Shown: piece after piece, positions 26,529-38,552 of the stretch | Numbering within the stretch: the stretch's first letter is position 1 | Layout of the letters: each line of letters starts with the position of its first letter | DNA from: Saccostrea echinata | Lineage: Eukaryota | DNA: 64,000 nucleotides | Assembly: GCF_033153115.1 (NCBI RefSeq) | Contig: NW_026889778.1 | Location: 33,852,001 to 33,916,000 of the forward strand | Reading direction: 5' to 3' | The notes under the pieces: model-generated | What the model was told of the DNA's origin: nothing | What the model saw: only the letters and a program-made list of their open reading frames with translations | The model's database searches: none | Program-made: the position numbers and the translations under genes

Positions 26529-29500
26529 ATGATGGACTACAGTGAAATACTGGATTTCAGTGACAAGGGAGTAAGTACACACCAAAGCTTTTGTTCATGT
26601 TTGATATCGATATATATGTAATCTTTTGCTGTCACATTTTCTTGAAAAACTAAAAACGTGCTTTGTGCATAAATTACGGTCTATGTTATTTTTTTGTCTT
26701 ATTTCAGGAGACCAAACTGGAAATTTTAAAGTTTTCTTATAATTGGGCCGAGGAAGTAGAGAGACAAGAAAGACTGGAGGTATACTTAACATATTTATTG
26801 GTGATAATTTCTTACCATTATGTAGCCTTTACTAATAATGACGCATTGCTCATGGGATGTTATGATACATGTATACATAAAAAAAATCATATAAAACGTA
26901 GATCGCTTGGCATTTTATGTTTATCCTGCTTCAAAAAATACCTGAACACGTAAGCATAATTCGTCAGGAATACTGAATAAAGTATATTGTTTTTGTTTTT
27001 TTTTTTCAATGAAGGCATTGCATTAACTACCCTATAACAAAATACAAAATGTATGCATTATATTTCCGAAAGTTTTGATTGGACATGACATCGACCGAGT
27101 TTTGTTATTTCACCAATGAAAAATGCATGTAAACAAACAAACACTATAGTTTGGATGTATCTGAGATTTGTTATACTTACACGTGATTTGTATAATTCAT
27201 GACATACATATTGAACTTGTTTCAAACATCTTCTTTTTTTTTTTAAGGTATCCGATCCATAAAAGGACCTAATTTTCTAACCTTAAATATCCATCCTGTA
27301 TTAAATACTTGGAAATTAATTCAAAGCATTTTAGAATAGAAAAGGATTTATCAGGAGAAATTTTCAAAAATATAATTACCTAAGCAGTAATTAATTAATG
27401 AAGAATGCATTGAGGTCTATGGGGACAAGCAAATTTTTGAAAATAAAAATTTAAATACTAAGAATATCAAAAAATGCTGTGGTGGAAAGATGTATTTAAT
27501 TATTAGGAATAGAAAAACGATTGAAAACTAATTTTTTGACCAGATAGATTTTTTAGAATTGATTTTTATTGATTAAAAGCAAAGGGGGGATAACTCTTCA
27601 AGGACAGGACAAGGTCAAAAATTAGGACACATTCCGCTCTTACATATTGATACTAAAATATGAAGATTATGTCTACATATACTGAGTATTCAGCCAACGT
27701 ATATCTGTTATGCATTCAGGTTCATTGAATCTGAGGCTATTATGGATCGGATACCTTAACAAGGAAGCAAAAATTGTATTAATAATAGGTTACACAACTA
27801 ATTCGCATTGTACATGTAATCGCTTCTCCCATTTAAAAAAAATTGTATATAATTATTTGTTCAAGGCAACTGAGTTAGAAGAAAACGAAAGAATGAAGAT
27901 TTTGCGAGCCATTATGAGCAAAGTTCACCATGAAATGATTGTAAGTAAAAAAAAAAAAAAAGAATGATATTGTTATATATATCTCATGTCTCAACACTGG
28001 ATGAAAAAAAAATGAGTTATTTAATGTTGGGGACATATATATATAATTTATGTATATTGAAAAAATTATAGGGATAACCCCCTCTCATTGCCAGGTTAAT
28101 TCGTCCAAACAGTTATAAAACGGGCTAATCTAACTGAATTATCAATTGTTCAGAATTATTAAGAACAAATTATATACAAATTTCATGTACAAAAACAATT
28201 AACAAATATATACTTCTGTGCTTATTCTAGAAGACAATAAAGAAAAAGTCAAAGAAGACTCGAAAAATACAGGCCGACATGATGCGAAAGAGTGAGATAA
28301 TGGAAGCTGTCCATAGAGAGCTCAAGGTACGTATTTCTCAATAATTAATCTACATTTAATAAACAGTAAATTAAAAGCATGTGATTTTAAATGTAAAAAA
28401 ATATTTGTACTTACTTAAGGACACAGCCACCAGAAAGTTAGCCGAGATGCGACAAATACAGTCCGAAATGATGCGAAAGAGTGAGATAATAGAAGTTGTA
28501 CATAGAGAGCTTAAGGTACGCAGTGCTCAATAATTAATTTACCTTTTTTACCTTTATTAAGCAGTAAATTAAAAGCATGTAATTTTAAATGTAAACACAT
28601 ATATACTTATTTCAGGACATAGTCATCAGAAAGTTAACCGAGATGCGACAAATTCAGTCCGACATGATGCGAAAGAGTGAGATAATGAAAGCTGTCCATA
28701 GAGAGCTCAAGGTATGTAGTGCTCATTAATAAATGTAAAATTAATAAACATTAAATTAAAAGTGTGTGACTTTAAAATGCAAGCAAATATTTACTTATTT
28801 TAGGATGCAGCCGCCAGAAAGTCAAGCGAATTGCGACAAATACAGTCCTCCATGATGCGAAAGAAAGAGAAAATGGAAGCTGTCCATAGAGAGCTCAAGG
28901 TAGTAATACTCAATAATTAACGTACACTTAATAAACAGTAAATTAAAAACATAAATTTAAATTAAAAAATATATTTTTTTTTTATTTTAGGACACAGTCA
29001 CCAGAAAATTAACCGAGATGCGACAAACACAGTGTGACATGATGCGAAAGAGTAAGATAATGGAAGTTGTCCATAGAGAGCTCAAGGTAAGTAGTGCTCA
29101 TTCATAAATGTACAATTAATTAACATTAAATTAAAAGCACATATCTTAAAAATGCAAGCAAATATTTACTTATATTAGGATGCAGCCACCAGAAAGTCAA
29201 ACGAATTTCGACAAATGCAGTCCGCCATGATGCAAAAGAAAGAGAAAATGGAAGCTGTCCACGGAGAGCTTAAGGTACGTAGTGCTCAATAATAACTTTA
29301 CCTTTATTTACTTGTGCATATAAGTTTTTTTTTATGTGATATACACATATTGTGTACGAATATTTTACTTATGTTACATGTAACATTCATTTTATTTTAC
29401 TTTTATTTATTTAATTTCGATAGTGGAGAAGAAGAAACAGTATCGCCTCATTAAGGTATGGTTTGATATTGATGTTTTGTAATTTGAAAGGTTAAATGCC

Positions 29501-30966
29501 CTGTGTTTTTACTGAAACTGTTTAAACAGCAGTAAACTTATTTTAGACTAAGGCAATATGAAGGGAAATAAATCTATAAAGTTGTTAAAGGAATTGGAGT
29601 CTGAAGAATTTTTTGGAATTATCCATATGAATCAGGCGAATTCCTTGTCTTTCTCTAGGAATATGTCCAAGAAATTATGATTGCAGCAAATGAAAAGCTG
29701 CGAAAGGAAATTGCAAGCGTAAGTATGTCCTTACAACACTTAACCCTTTATGCCCTTGGCTAATGACACTGTAAATAATAATTTTAAAATTTCATTTTTG
29801 AGATAATGCTTTGTGTATGCTTCACACACAGAGATAGAGGGGGGGGGGGGGTTAAACACGAATTTAAACCATTGTGAAATAAGATTTTGTGGGTTTAAAT
29901 TCTTGTGCATTTATATCATGGGTATTAGACGCACATTTATGACCTTAACTATATTGAAATAAATAATAGTTAAATGTAATATCCTTCATACTGAGATAAT
30001 TCGCCCACGAAATTACGTCCCAACGAACAAGTACATTTGCAGCAAATTTACTAAATTGGTTGCTAGGAATTTAAATTATTCTACTGTAGTTTATTTTTTT
30101 TTTTTTCATATAGGAATACGTCAATAAGATAATTAAAATGGCGAAAGAAAAGCTTCAGAAAGAATTCGAGAATAATTCAAAAGTGAGTTTGTTACCAACT
30201 CTTGCAAATATTTATAATTCATTGTCTGCTTTTACCTGACCACTTGACGAAAATGTTTCTTTCTTTAGGCCACAAGTTCCAAACTGAAACCAGACCAGGG
30301 CCAACAAGAAACCCAGGAGAAATCAAAGGTAAAATTGTAGGAATACTTTAAAAATACATGTATTTGAATTAACTTTCATGTGTTTTTCCTCTTTGTTTTA
30401 AACTTCCTTTTTAATTTCATATTTAAAGAATTTCAAGTTTGAAGGACGGATGAAAGATAAAGATTATGATTACGATGAAACGTTTGTTCCCCGAAAGCTG
30501 TTCTTATTTAATGTCAATTCCTTCATGGACAGCCCACAGGTAAACACCATTATTTATTTATTTTTTTACATCCCCTGAGAGACGACACTCAAAATATATT
30601 TGCTTTACTTTTTTTCTGGGATTTTAACAATAAAACTGCTATTCCATCTTTTACAGAGTGACGTGCCAAATGAAATCGTGTCTATTAATACCCTTTGCTC
30701 GAGCATGCGTAGTTTGCAGGATAATCATGATTTTGTTACAGAGAAGGCTCGTTTTGCAGAAAAGGTATCTTTATAATTGACATTGATAAAAGAATTAGAA
30801 TTTTGTTTTCAAAACTCTTTAATGAGATATAATCGTCTTTTCATAAACACATTCATTTTTTGTTCTTTTTATTTAAAGTAGTTTTAATTATTTTCTTCAG
30901 GAAGTCTTTCCAACAAAGAGAAGAGGCCTCAAAACTCGCATTTTAAAGTTCTTTGGACTTAAATGA
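26529..30966 (+). CDS. Uncharacterised multi-exon helical/coiled-coil repeat protein (~412 aa)
   Basis: GT-AG-bounded phase-0 exons that splice into one open frame: 26529-26570 (MMDYSEILDFSDKG), 26708-26779, 27866-27940, 28231-28326, 28420-28515, 28616-28711, 28804-28899, 28991-29086, 29179-29274, 29659-29718, 30114-30182, 30269-30328, 30429-30539, 30657-30764, 30901-30966 (EVFPTKRRGLKTRILKFFGLK*). A possible extra exon near 29424-29455 is unresolved. No family recognised. Confidence 0.8.
27247..27755. mobile_element. 509-bp TTAA MITE, copy 2 (in an intron of the repeat-protein gene)
   Basis: Perfect 16-bp TIR, TTAA on both sides, near-identical to 7790-8298. Confidence 0.87.
28231..29274 (+). 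repeat. Tandem array of six exon+intron units (96-bp exon, ~190-bp period)
   Basis: Each exon encodes ~DxxxRKxxEMRQIQSDMMRKSEIMEAVHRELK and ends AAG|gta. The introns are also alignable to each other. Confidence 0.92.
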
Positions 30967-31569
30967 AATGTTATGAATATGAAAGACTGTTAGTATTTTC
31001 GGGGGGGGGGGGGGGGTTAGAGTCGGAGCTTGATCTGTGAAATATTTTGATATATTTAGAATTGAAAATGTCACAAATATATTACATATCGTAAATTTTG
31101 TTTGTTTTTGTTGTTTTTTTTCCGTAAGAAGATCAGTCACCGAAATCTGTGGGAGGTGGAGTTTCTAGATCTATTTAATTATAATGTACTATAGATATGT
31201 AATTAAAAACGCAAAGATACATAGTGATGTTTGAATTCCCTTTATTATGAATGTAGTGATGAACAAGCTAATTCAGAGAATTTGAGTCCCCCGTTTAGGG
31301 GAAAAAAGAGCATGCGCAGTTCCGGGGGGGGGGGGGGGGGGGTCGGAAACCCCTGGATTTGTAGAATTATTAAATGTATACATGTATATTGAAGCAAATA
31401 AAGAATGCCAATATGGATATAAAGATTTGATTGCTTATTATTTAATATGTGTAGAAGATTCTTTTTATATAGAATATTTATCACACTGTAATGATAATTT
31501 CATGAGTTTGTACAAACCAGACGTCATAACTTTTTCATTTCACATGCTGAATACTATCATTTAGTAAAT

Positions 31570-31602
<33 letters not shown>

Positions 31603-32679
31603 ATTGTCCGGGATTTGAACCCGGTCATATGTTAAGCGATAGTCATTCCCTTAGACCACGGAGGCACTTGATTATATAAAAAATTAAATGCAAACATTAG
31701 GTCACATATAATGTTTATATTCACGTTCGATATTGTCAAAATTTTACACAATACATGGTGTCTAATTTAGCCTTTACTAAACAGTTCTAATAGATGTAAT
31801 AAGAAAATAAAGTCCGCCGACAACCTGAATTATACGTAATAACTCTCCACATGCCCCTGTGCTAAAATAGTGCGACTTGAAATCTATACTTATAAATTAA
31901 TAAATTTTGCAAATAAACTCCGAAACGGGTGCACCAGAGTTCTTACTTACTCCTCTAAGAATACACACGATACAAGATGATGTCCGTAAACTATATTTAG
32001 ATTTCACTTGCATTGTAAGTATCGTACATTAAATTAAAAGTCTACTTTTATTTTCTATAAACAGCCATGAAATAGCAAAAACGTGAGTACGGTGGCGTTT
32101 CCGGTTGGCGGATCTAAGTTACTGGCAATTTTTAATGAGACTGACAACAAACAATCGTTTATTTATTTCATTAAACGTCATTACAGAATTATTCTAACAA
32201 AACTTGATTTAAATGATATAAAAGAAATAAGTTGTGATAACCGATTAAAAAGGAAAATGTGCAAATTATTTTCGTCATTCACCGATCGTAATATTGACGG
32301 AAGCTTCTAGAACATCATATAGCATCGAGCCCGATGTTAAAAAGAAAATAGCTGCTTTAACATGAAAAAAGATTTTGTGTGAATGGTCATTGAAATAATG
32401 GTAAATCATTGATAACACTGTAAGTTGTGAATATATTTATATATCGAAAGACTATTACATATATTTAGTATGTTTTCCTGATAAATTTATCGGTAAAATC
32501 TGTATATATATTTCTCACTGAGAGCATCATGGCAACGAACCCGAAGTACACTTTGTACTTCGTAATAAAAAATTAAAGCATTGTTCAAATACAATTATGC
32601 TGTAAAATTTTGTGCTTTAATCAATACATTTAAGTTTTTTTCTGAATATAGTCTTTTGTATCAAATACTCGGCCTATTC

Positions 32680-32845
32680 CAGTGGCGGATCCAGGAATCT
32701 TGAAAGGGGGGGGGGGGGGTTGGAGTTCGGGTAGGGGCCCATGCACAACCCCCTAAAATTGATTTATTAAATTTTATGCATAATTTATAAGTATAGATTT
32801 TAGACACAAAACGAGAGGGGGGCTGCCCCCTCTAAATCCGCCAGT
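32680..32845. mobile_element. Short MITE with CAGTGGCGGAT termini
   Basis: cagtggcggatcc...aaatccgccagtg with G/C-run interior. Confidence 0.55.
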
Positions 32846-32880
32846 GTACTCATAGGGCGTTATGTAAAAGCTAATTTTTA

Positions 32881-33016
32881 CACAGGTACTTGGGTCTTGG
32901 ATTATAAATATCATGTATGTACCTTATTGATATGTAAAAAAAAGAGAGGTAAGGTACAGTTTTTACATTTCAATAAGGTACATACATATTTATAAACCAA
33001 GACCCAAGTACCTGTG
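32881..33016. mobile_element. Hairpin MITE
   Basis: cacaggtacttgggtcttgg...ccaagacccaagtacctgtg, with ~55-bp imperfect arms. Confidence 0.7.
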
Positions 33017-33885
33017 AATCCCCCCCCCCCCCAAATGAATCAATTTCTCAGTAAAATGTGCATTTCTTGACGGAAATGAAATAAGAGCATCTGAAGTACA
33101 ATATCCATAACGCAGTATATACAATATCCATAACATAGTACATGTATATAACAGGTTTCACAATAAACGTCAATTAATGAAATTTTTATTTAAGTTTTAC
33201 AAAGGTGGGGGTGGAGACGTACTTCTACTTCATGCGGGATTTTGAACAAGTATTTCTTCCTGCTATAAGCCTGTAGGCTGTCAATAAAAACTATGTATAT
33301 TATGTTTATGTTTACATAATATATATATTATTTGATTTTTTCTGTCGGTAGTGGTATAAATTCAATTCCCCGCGCTTGCGCGGGATTTCATCTAGTACAA
33401 TAAATAATAATAATAAAAAAAAATTGGGCGGGACACTTTGAGAGGGGCGAGAGAGGCCCTAGGGAGTTATGGTATAAAATTTCATTGCAAAAGCTCAAAA
33501 GCTTCTTGAGATATCGCCCGGAAACGAAAGTGTTACACACAGACGAAAAGTATGAATTTATGAATTTACGACCTTGAACTTTGACCTTTTGACCTCAAAA
33601 TCAAAAGGGGTCTTCCTTAGGCCACAGGGAGTTGTTATGTAAAATTTCATTGCAAAAGCTCAAAGGACTCTCGAGATATCGCGCGGAAACGAAAGTGTTA
33701 AAACAGACAGAATTTATGAATTTATGACCTTTGACCTTTTGACCTAAAAATCAATAGGATTCTTCTTCTTAAAGCCATAGGGAGTTGCTATGCAAAATTT
33801 CATTGCGAAAGCTCAAAGGGTTCTCGAGATATCGAGTGGAAACGAAAGTGTTACAGACAGAAATACAGACGGACGGACGGATGGA

Positions 33886-33993
33886 CAATCTGATTAAAAT
33901 CAGATCTTTGTTACGCTCCGAAATTCTGATGGTCGTTGTACAGCGACCATCAGAATTTCGGAGGGTAACAAAGATCTGATTTTAATCAGATTG
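33886..33993. mobile_element. 108-bp spacerless palindromic MITE
   Basis: 54-bp arms with 2 mismatches, flanked by the direct repeat gacggatgga (33876-33885, 33994-34003). Confidence 0.8.
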
Positions 33994-36900
33994 GACGGAT
34001 GGACAGACAGATCCAAATTAATATCCCCCACTTTCAGTGAAAGCGGGGGACAACAAAGTACAAAAATGAAACATGAAAGTCGTGGCACCAACCGTTCAAA
34101 AGTTATAGGCAAGGTTAATATGATATTTTGGAATGAAAAAAACCCCCAAACAAACAAACAAATTATGTATATGCAAATACAAAATATATATGCAGTTCAT
34201 TATAACGAGGAAGAGTGATATTTTTATAAGAAAGAATTGAATTTAATTCAAACCATTATTCTTTAAATCTGATGTACATACGTTTTTCAACACTGAGCTA
34301 CATGTACCTGTTTTAAGCTTAAACATTGCATGTATTTTGTTTCTGTAGTAAATATAAGTCGAATACAACATTAGGTTATTTTTTACCCTATCCGCAAATA
34401 AAGGGCCAAAATATGATTATAAACTGAAAACAAAAGATAATTGTTACAAACTAAATGGAAGCATAGAAATACTTTTATTTTTCATTGGTCTTACTATTAA
34501 ACTCCACACTTGGGATAAGAAATCTTTCTTTAAATATTCACATAAAAATAGACTATGTATATAATTATATGTATCACAATTTTGAAGTGTAAGCATGAAT
34601 AACATAGTATTATAATTGGTTCCTTAGCATGATTTATTAAAATAAAGAAATTCAGATCTATTGATATAAAGCAAACACATGAACATTACATTGTCATTGC
34701 TATCTGCCGTGGGCTCAACCTGTGGGTACCTAGCTGTCAGGTATCCGAATATTTTGGATACACCCCATTGTTTTATTACCTATACCCATCGGCAGATTTC
34801 ACACCTTTAATCATCCCAATTCACACAAAGCAAATGCTGGGGGAAAACAAACACGAACACAATAAATGTGACATTTTTTTTAAAATCATTGCCTTAAACG
34901 GCACTGCTAAAAGCACACTAAACGAGGAGTAGCAATTCTTGAACTAGAGAGATATCGTACAAAAAAATAAACACAACAGGGTAAACCCTTCTTTCTTCAT
35001 GTGATATAAACTAACTTTCTTGAATTTTATGTGTTTAAGTCAAGATTAAAACATTTTGCACCACTCGGACCTTTAAACGTAGGCGGACCTTTTCTTACAC
35101 GGGCCGGAGCTTTTCTTATAAAAGGCGGACCTTATATGTTATCGTATTAGGTCCCCCTGGCCCTAAAACGAGGCGGACACTGGTGACTTCAACAGCGTGC
35201 GATTGAGGGTTGGATTACATAAATGTTAACATCGAGGTGAACATGGGGAATGTAAAAGTTATAAAACGAAAATTTAAAGGGCCCTTTAACCCTAATTTTA
35301 GAGCCTAATTTTTGTGGCTTCAAATGAAAGCTCTTGAAATTATGGACAACTTTTATTCTACATATCTTAACAAAATAGTTTTAGTTAAAAAGATACAAAG
35401 GAAAAGATATTTAAATTTTTGCTCTTTTAGACGTCCTAATATTTGACCCCCTCTAGCGCCATTTTGAACGCAGAAAAAAAACAAAAAACAAAAACAGATG
35501 TGCACATCTACAAAATTTCTTCTTTTCAATTTCAATGGTATTAGTGCACCAGTTATTATACTCTCAGAGTCTTTGTCTGGAAACCAAGGCTCTAAAATTT
35601 CAATCAAAGGGGAATAACTCGTGAGAGGAAAGGAATTTCTTAAATGTACTACAGTATGTAAAGTCTAAACGCTCTAATAATTTGAACAAAATCCGTTCAA
35701 AAATTAGGAAGATATGAAACTTCAAAGTTGGCGTCTAAGAAAAAAAAGAATTAGAACTAGAACAAAGCTCGTTGCAAAGCAAAGAATAGGTCTTTCGTTG
35801 GAGATGTGGACAGGAAGTATTGACCATGGGTCGTCATGACTTAATCTCAGGTCATGAGCAATCTTGTATGAGATATCAACTTCCAATGTTTCACTAGTAG
35901 AGAGACGGTAAACGAATTTACAGTTTCTCTGTCAGTGACATTGAACTTGTCCAAATGACCTTGCATAGAGCTCCATAACACACACTGGTTATGAGCAATC
36001 CCAATCTGTGGGTTTCCGACTGGACAAGTTCACCCATCTTGTTTTAGAACCTGCATCGAGTCAAAATATGAATTCCTCCACAATAATTTATTAGGTTCAA
36101 TACATTGATTTAAAGATTCATTGTGAATGTTTTATGTCCAGTGTGGATATTGAACAAGATGTGTTTGTGAAACTCTGATGCCCCCGTTTGGCAGCTTATG
36201 GCAAAGGTTAAAGATTCTCAAATGCAAGTCAAACTCCAAGGTAAAGGTCAAGAGATAAAAAAAAGAAAGGTCGCGGAATGTAACTGTGAAATATGAAAGC
36301 CCTAGCACCAACTGTTGAAAAGTTATGGCAAAGGTTAAAGTGTTTTGAAACGTAAGTCAAAGGTTATGGCCAAGGATAAATGGCCTTAATTAAGGGTGCC
36401 TAAGAGAAGGTCTTGTCACAAGAAATATACATGTGAAATATGAAAGCCTTAGCACTAACCATTAAAAAGTTATGGACAATGTCCTTTTAGCATCCTAATT
36501 TTTTTATCACCCCTCTCTAGCGCAATTTTGATCGCAGAAATCAAAAATCAGAAACCGATGTGTACAACTACAATGCTTCTTTATTTCAAATTCAATATTA
36601 CTTTGCTCCAGCTTTTATAGTCTCAGAGCCTTTGTCTGGAGACCAAAACCCTAAATTTTCAATGAAAGGGGAATAACTTGGAAGCAGAAGGGAGTTTCTG
36701 AAATGTATTACAGCATTTTGGAACAATTTAGCAACGTCTATAAACTCTGAAAATTTGAGCACAATCCGTTGAGAAATAAGCGAGATATGAGGCCTCAAAG
36801 TTAGCGTCTAGGAAAAAGAAGGAAAAAAATCTTAACCAACAGATTCAGTAGAAAGTCTTCCATTGGAACGAAAGACCTTAATAATCTTAATCAACGAAAT

Positions 36901-37591
36901 CAGTAGATCTTCCGGTTGGAAACGAAAGACCTTAACAATGTCACTCCATGTCTAGATGTAAACAGGATGTAAACAGGATCCACATTATGAACCTTCAAAG
37001 GTTGTTATTGAAAACCCAGTGGCAATTAAGTGTCATTATAAATTCTAAATATATATATAAGGTCATTTTAATTTGGGAAGAGATACACATTTGTGGAAAG
37101 TTTCAACAACACATTGAATATTTATCAAGACAAAAGAATAGCATTTGGAAGTGAACAATATAAAGTGTGTGCTTTTCTTGGTACACTACATTGGAATGAA
37201 ATTGTAAACCGAGAAAAAACGTCTATTTCATTCAAGGCTGATCCAAAAGCCCTTTGAAGACTATAAAGGGAAAAAGAACTATAAAAAGAAAACATTTAAT
37301 TTTAGAATTTATATGTTATATCAAACAAGTGTACTCAAAGTGGGGATATAAATAATAAAACCATATGCAGAGTTCTATCTCTACTTTCTATGTAACCCGT
37401 GCTTGTGCTATGCAGGTATCTGTTTATAGCTTCACTCTGTAGTCTTATTAGTTGGAGATGTGACCTGCTACGTAATATGCTTAATTGCTGTCCGTGCGTA
37501 CATGTATATTTAACCAGCTCAGCTCCGGTCTTCAAAGTACACACCAAGTTATCGTCCAGGATTATGTGCAAGTCATGTATAGAATACAAGA

Positions 37592-38552
37592 ATGCCTAAG
37601 TACATATATGCTGAAATATACTTAGTAGTTTTCCTGTGTCTCCATTTTGGTAAGTTTTATTCAACTGTTGTTACATGTATACGAATGTTTTTTTTTTTTG
37701 TTTTTGTCGATTCATTCATAAGACATAACACGAGTTGATCTTTTTAATTCAGTGCAGAACGGCCAGGCACACAAACCAACTAAGGAGGCCGTTTTCGTGA
37801 CGGCTCTGTACGACATTGGTCGGGAAAACTGGACACACTTTAAACGAAGTTTCGATGAATACTTATCTTATTTCAGGAATGTCCTGCGTTTGAATGTAAA
37901 AATGATAATATATTCCGACGAATCAGTTCAAAAAGTTGTGTTGGATGAAAGAAAAAATCTACATCACAAAACACAGTCATACTCGCTACCATTTACTGAT
38001 TTAGAATACTACCGATTCAGACAGCATATAGAACATGTCCTTGTTTCACCAGAATTCCGAGATTCCAACGAAATGCTAAATTATCCAGAAGCGTTTTCCT
38101 CAAAATATTTAATCTTGATGAACAACAAAGTTTCTTTTTTGTCAGATGCTGTAAGAAAAAATCCTTTTAACAGTACACATTTCTTTTGGATTGATGCCGG
38201 GTATGGACACGGGGATGATCTTACCAAATGGAAGAACTTTCAGCCTAGAGTTCTTTTAAGTAAACGCAACAAGATCACCTATATTGTATTGAACGATCCA
38301 GCGTTATATAAAGATATCAAAGACCTTCATAAAGTCCAAATAGTCCCTGCTTTTAATGGAGAGTTCTTTGGGGGTGATGCTGGGGCCATTTTGAAATATG
38401 AAAAACTCTACAAGAAAACTTTTCGAAAACTCCTCACGGAAAACATAGTGGATGATGATCAAAACGTGGCGTTTCATTGTTATAAAGAAAATCCCAATCT
38501 GTTTGAAAATGTTTGCGGATGCTGGTCTGATGCCTTTAAATTGTTTTCATAG
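37592..38552 (+). CDS. HtrL/YibB-family glycosyltransferase-like protein, paralogue 1 (285 aa, 2 coding exons: 37592-37649, 37753-38552)
   Basis: Exon 1 ATG..TTT G|gtaagt encodes the hydrophobic leader MPKYIYAEIYLVVFLCLHF. A phase-1 intron ends at ttcag| and joins the 266-aa ORF in frame (the GTG start in the ORF track is the acceptor G). Motifs recognised as HtrL-like: VTALYDIGR, RSFDEYL, NPFNSTHFFWIDAGYGH, GEFFGG, DDDQ. Confidence 0.85.

Larger units (their letters stand above)
31883..33395 (+). mobile_element. Non-autonomous Helitron nested in the HINE
   Basis: A|TCTATACTTATA start, 3' hairpin cccgcgcttgcgcggg, then atttcatCTAG|T. No empty site is available to confirm. Confidence 0.62.
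31262..34053 (-). mobile_element. HINE-like element hosting nested insertions
   Basis: Ends aacaagctaattcagagaatt..tcccccg and atatccccca..aaagcgggggacaa, with (GACG/GACA)n and ~165-bp repeats at 33460-33860. An internally deleted relative lies at 10162-10636. Confidence 0.65.

Noticed and set aside
28231-29274. CRISPR-like repeat/spacer periodicity
   Set aside because: The repeats are 96-bp GT-AG-bounded coding exons, the spacers are mutually homologous introns, there are no cas genes, and the context is eukaryotic.
37574-37625. Out-of-frame upstream ATG overlapping the HtrL start in both copies
   Set aside because: It may be intronic (an AG lies just before the main ATG), and conservation between recent duplicates is uninformative.
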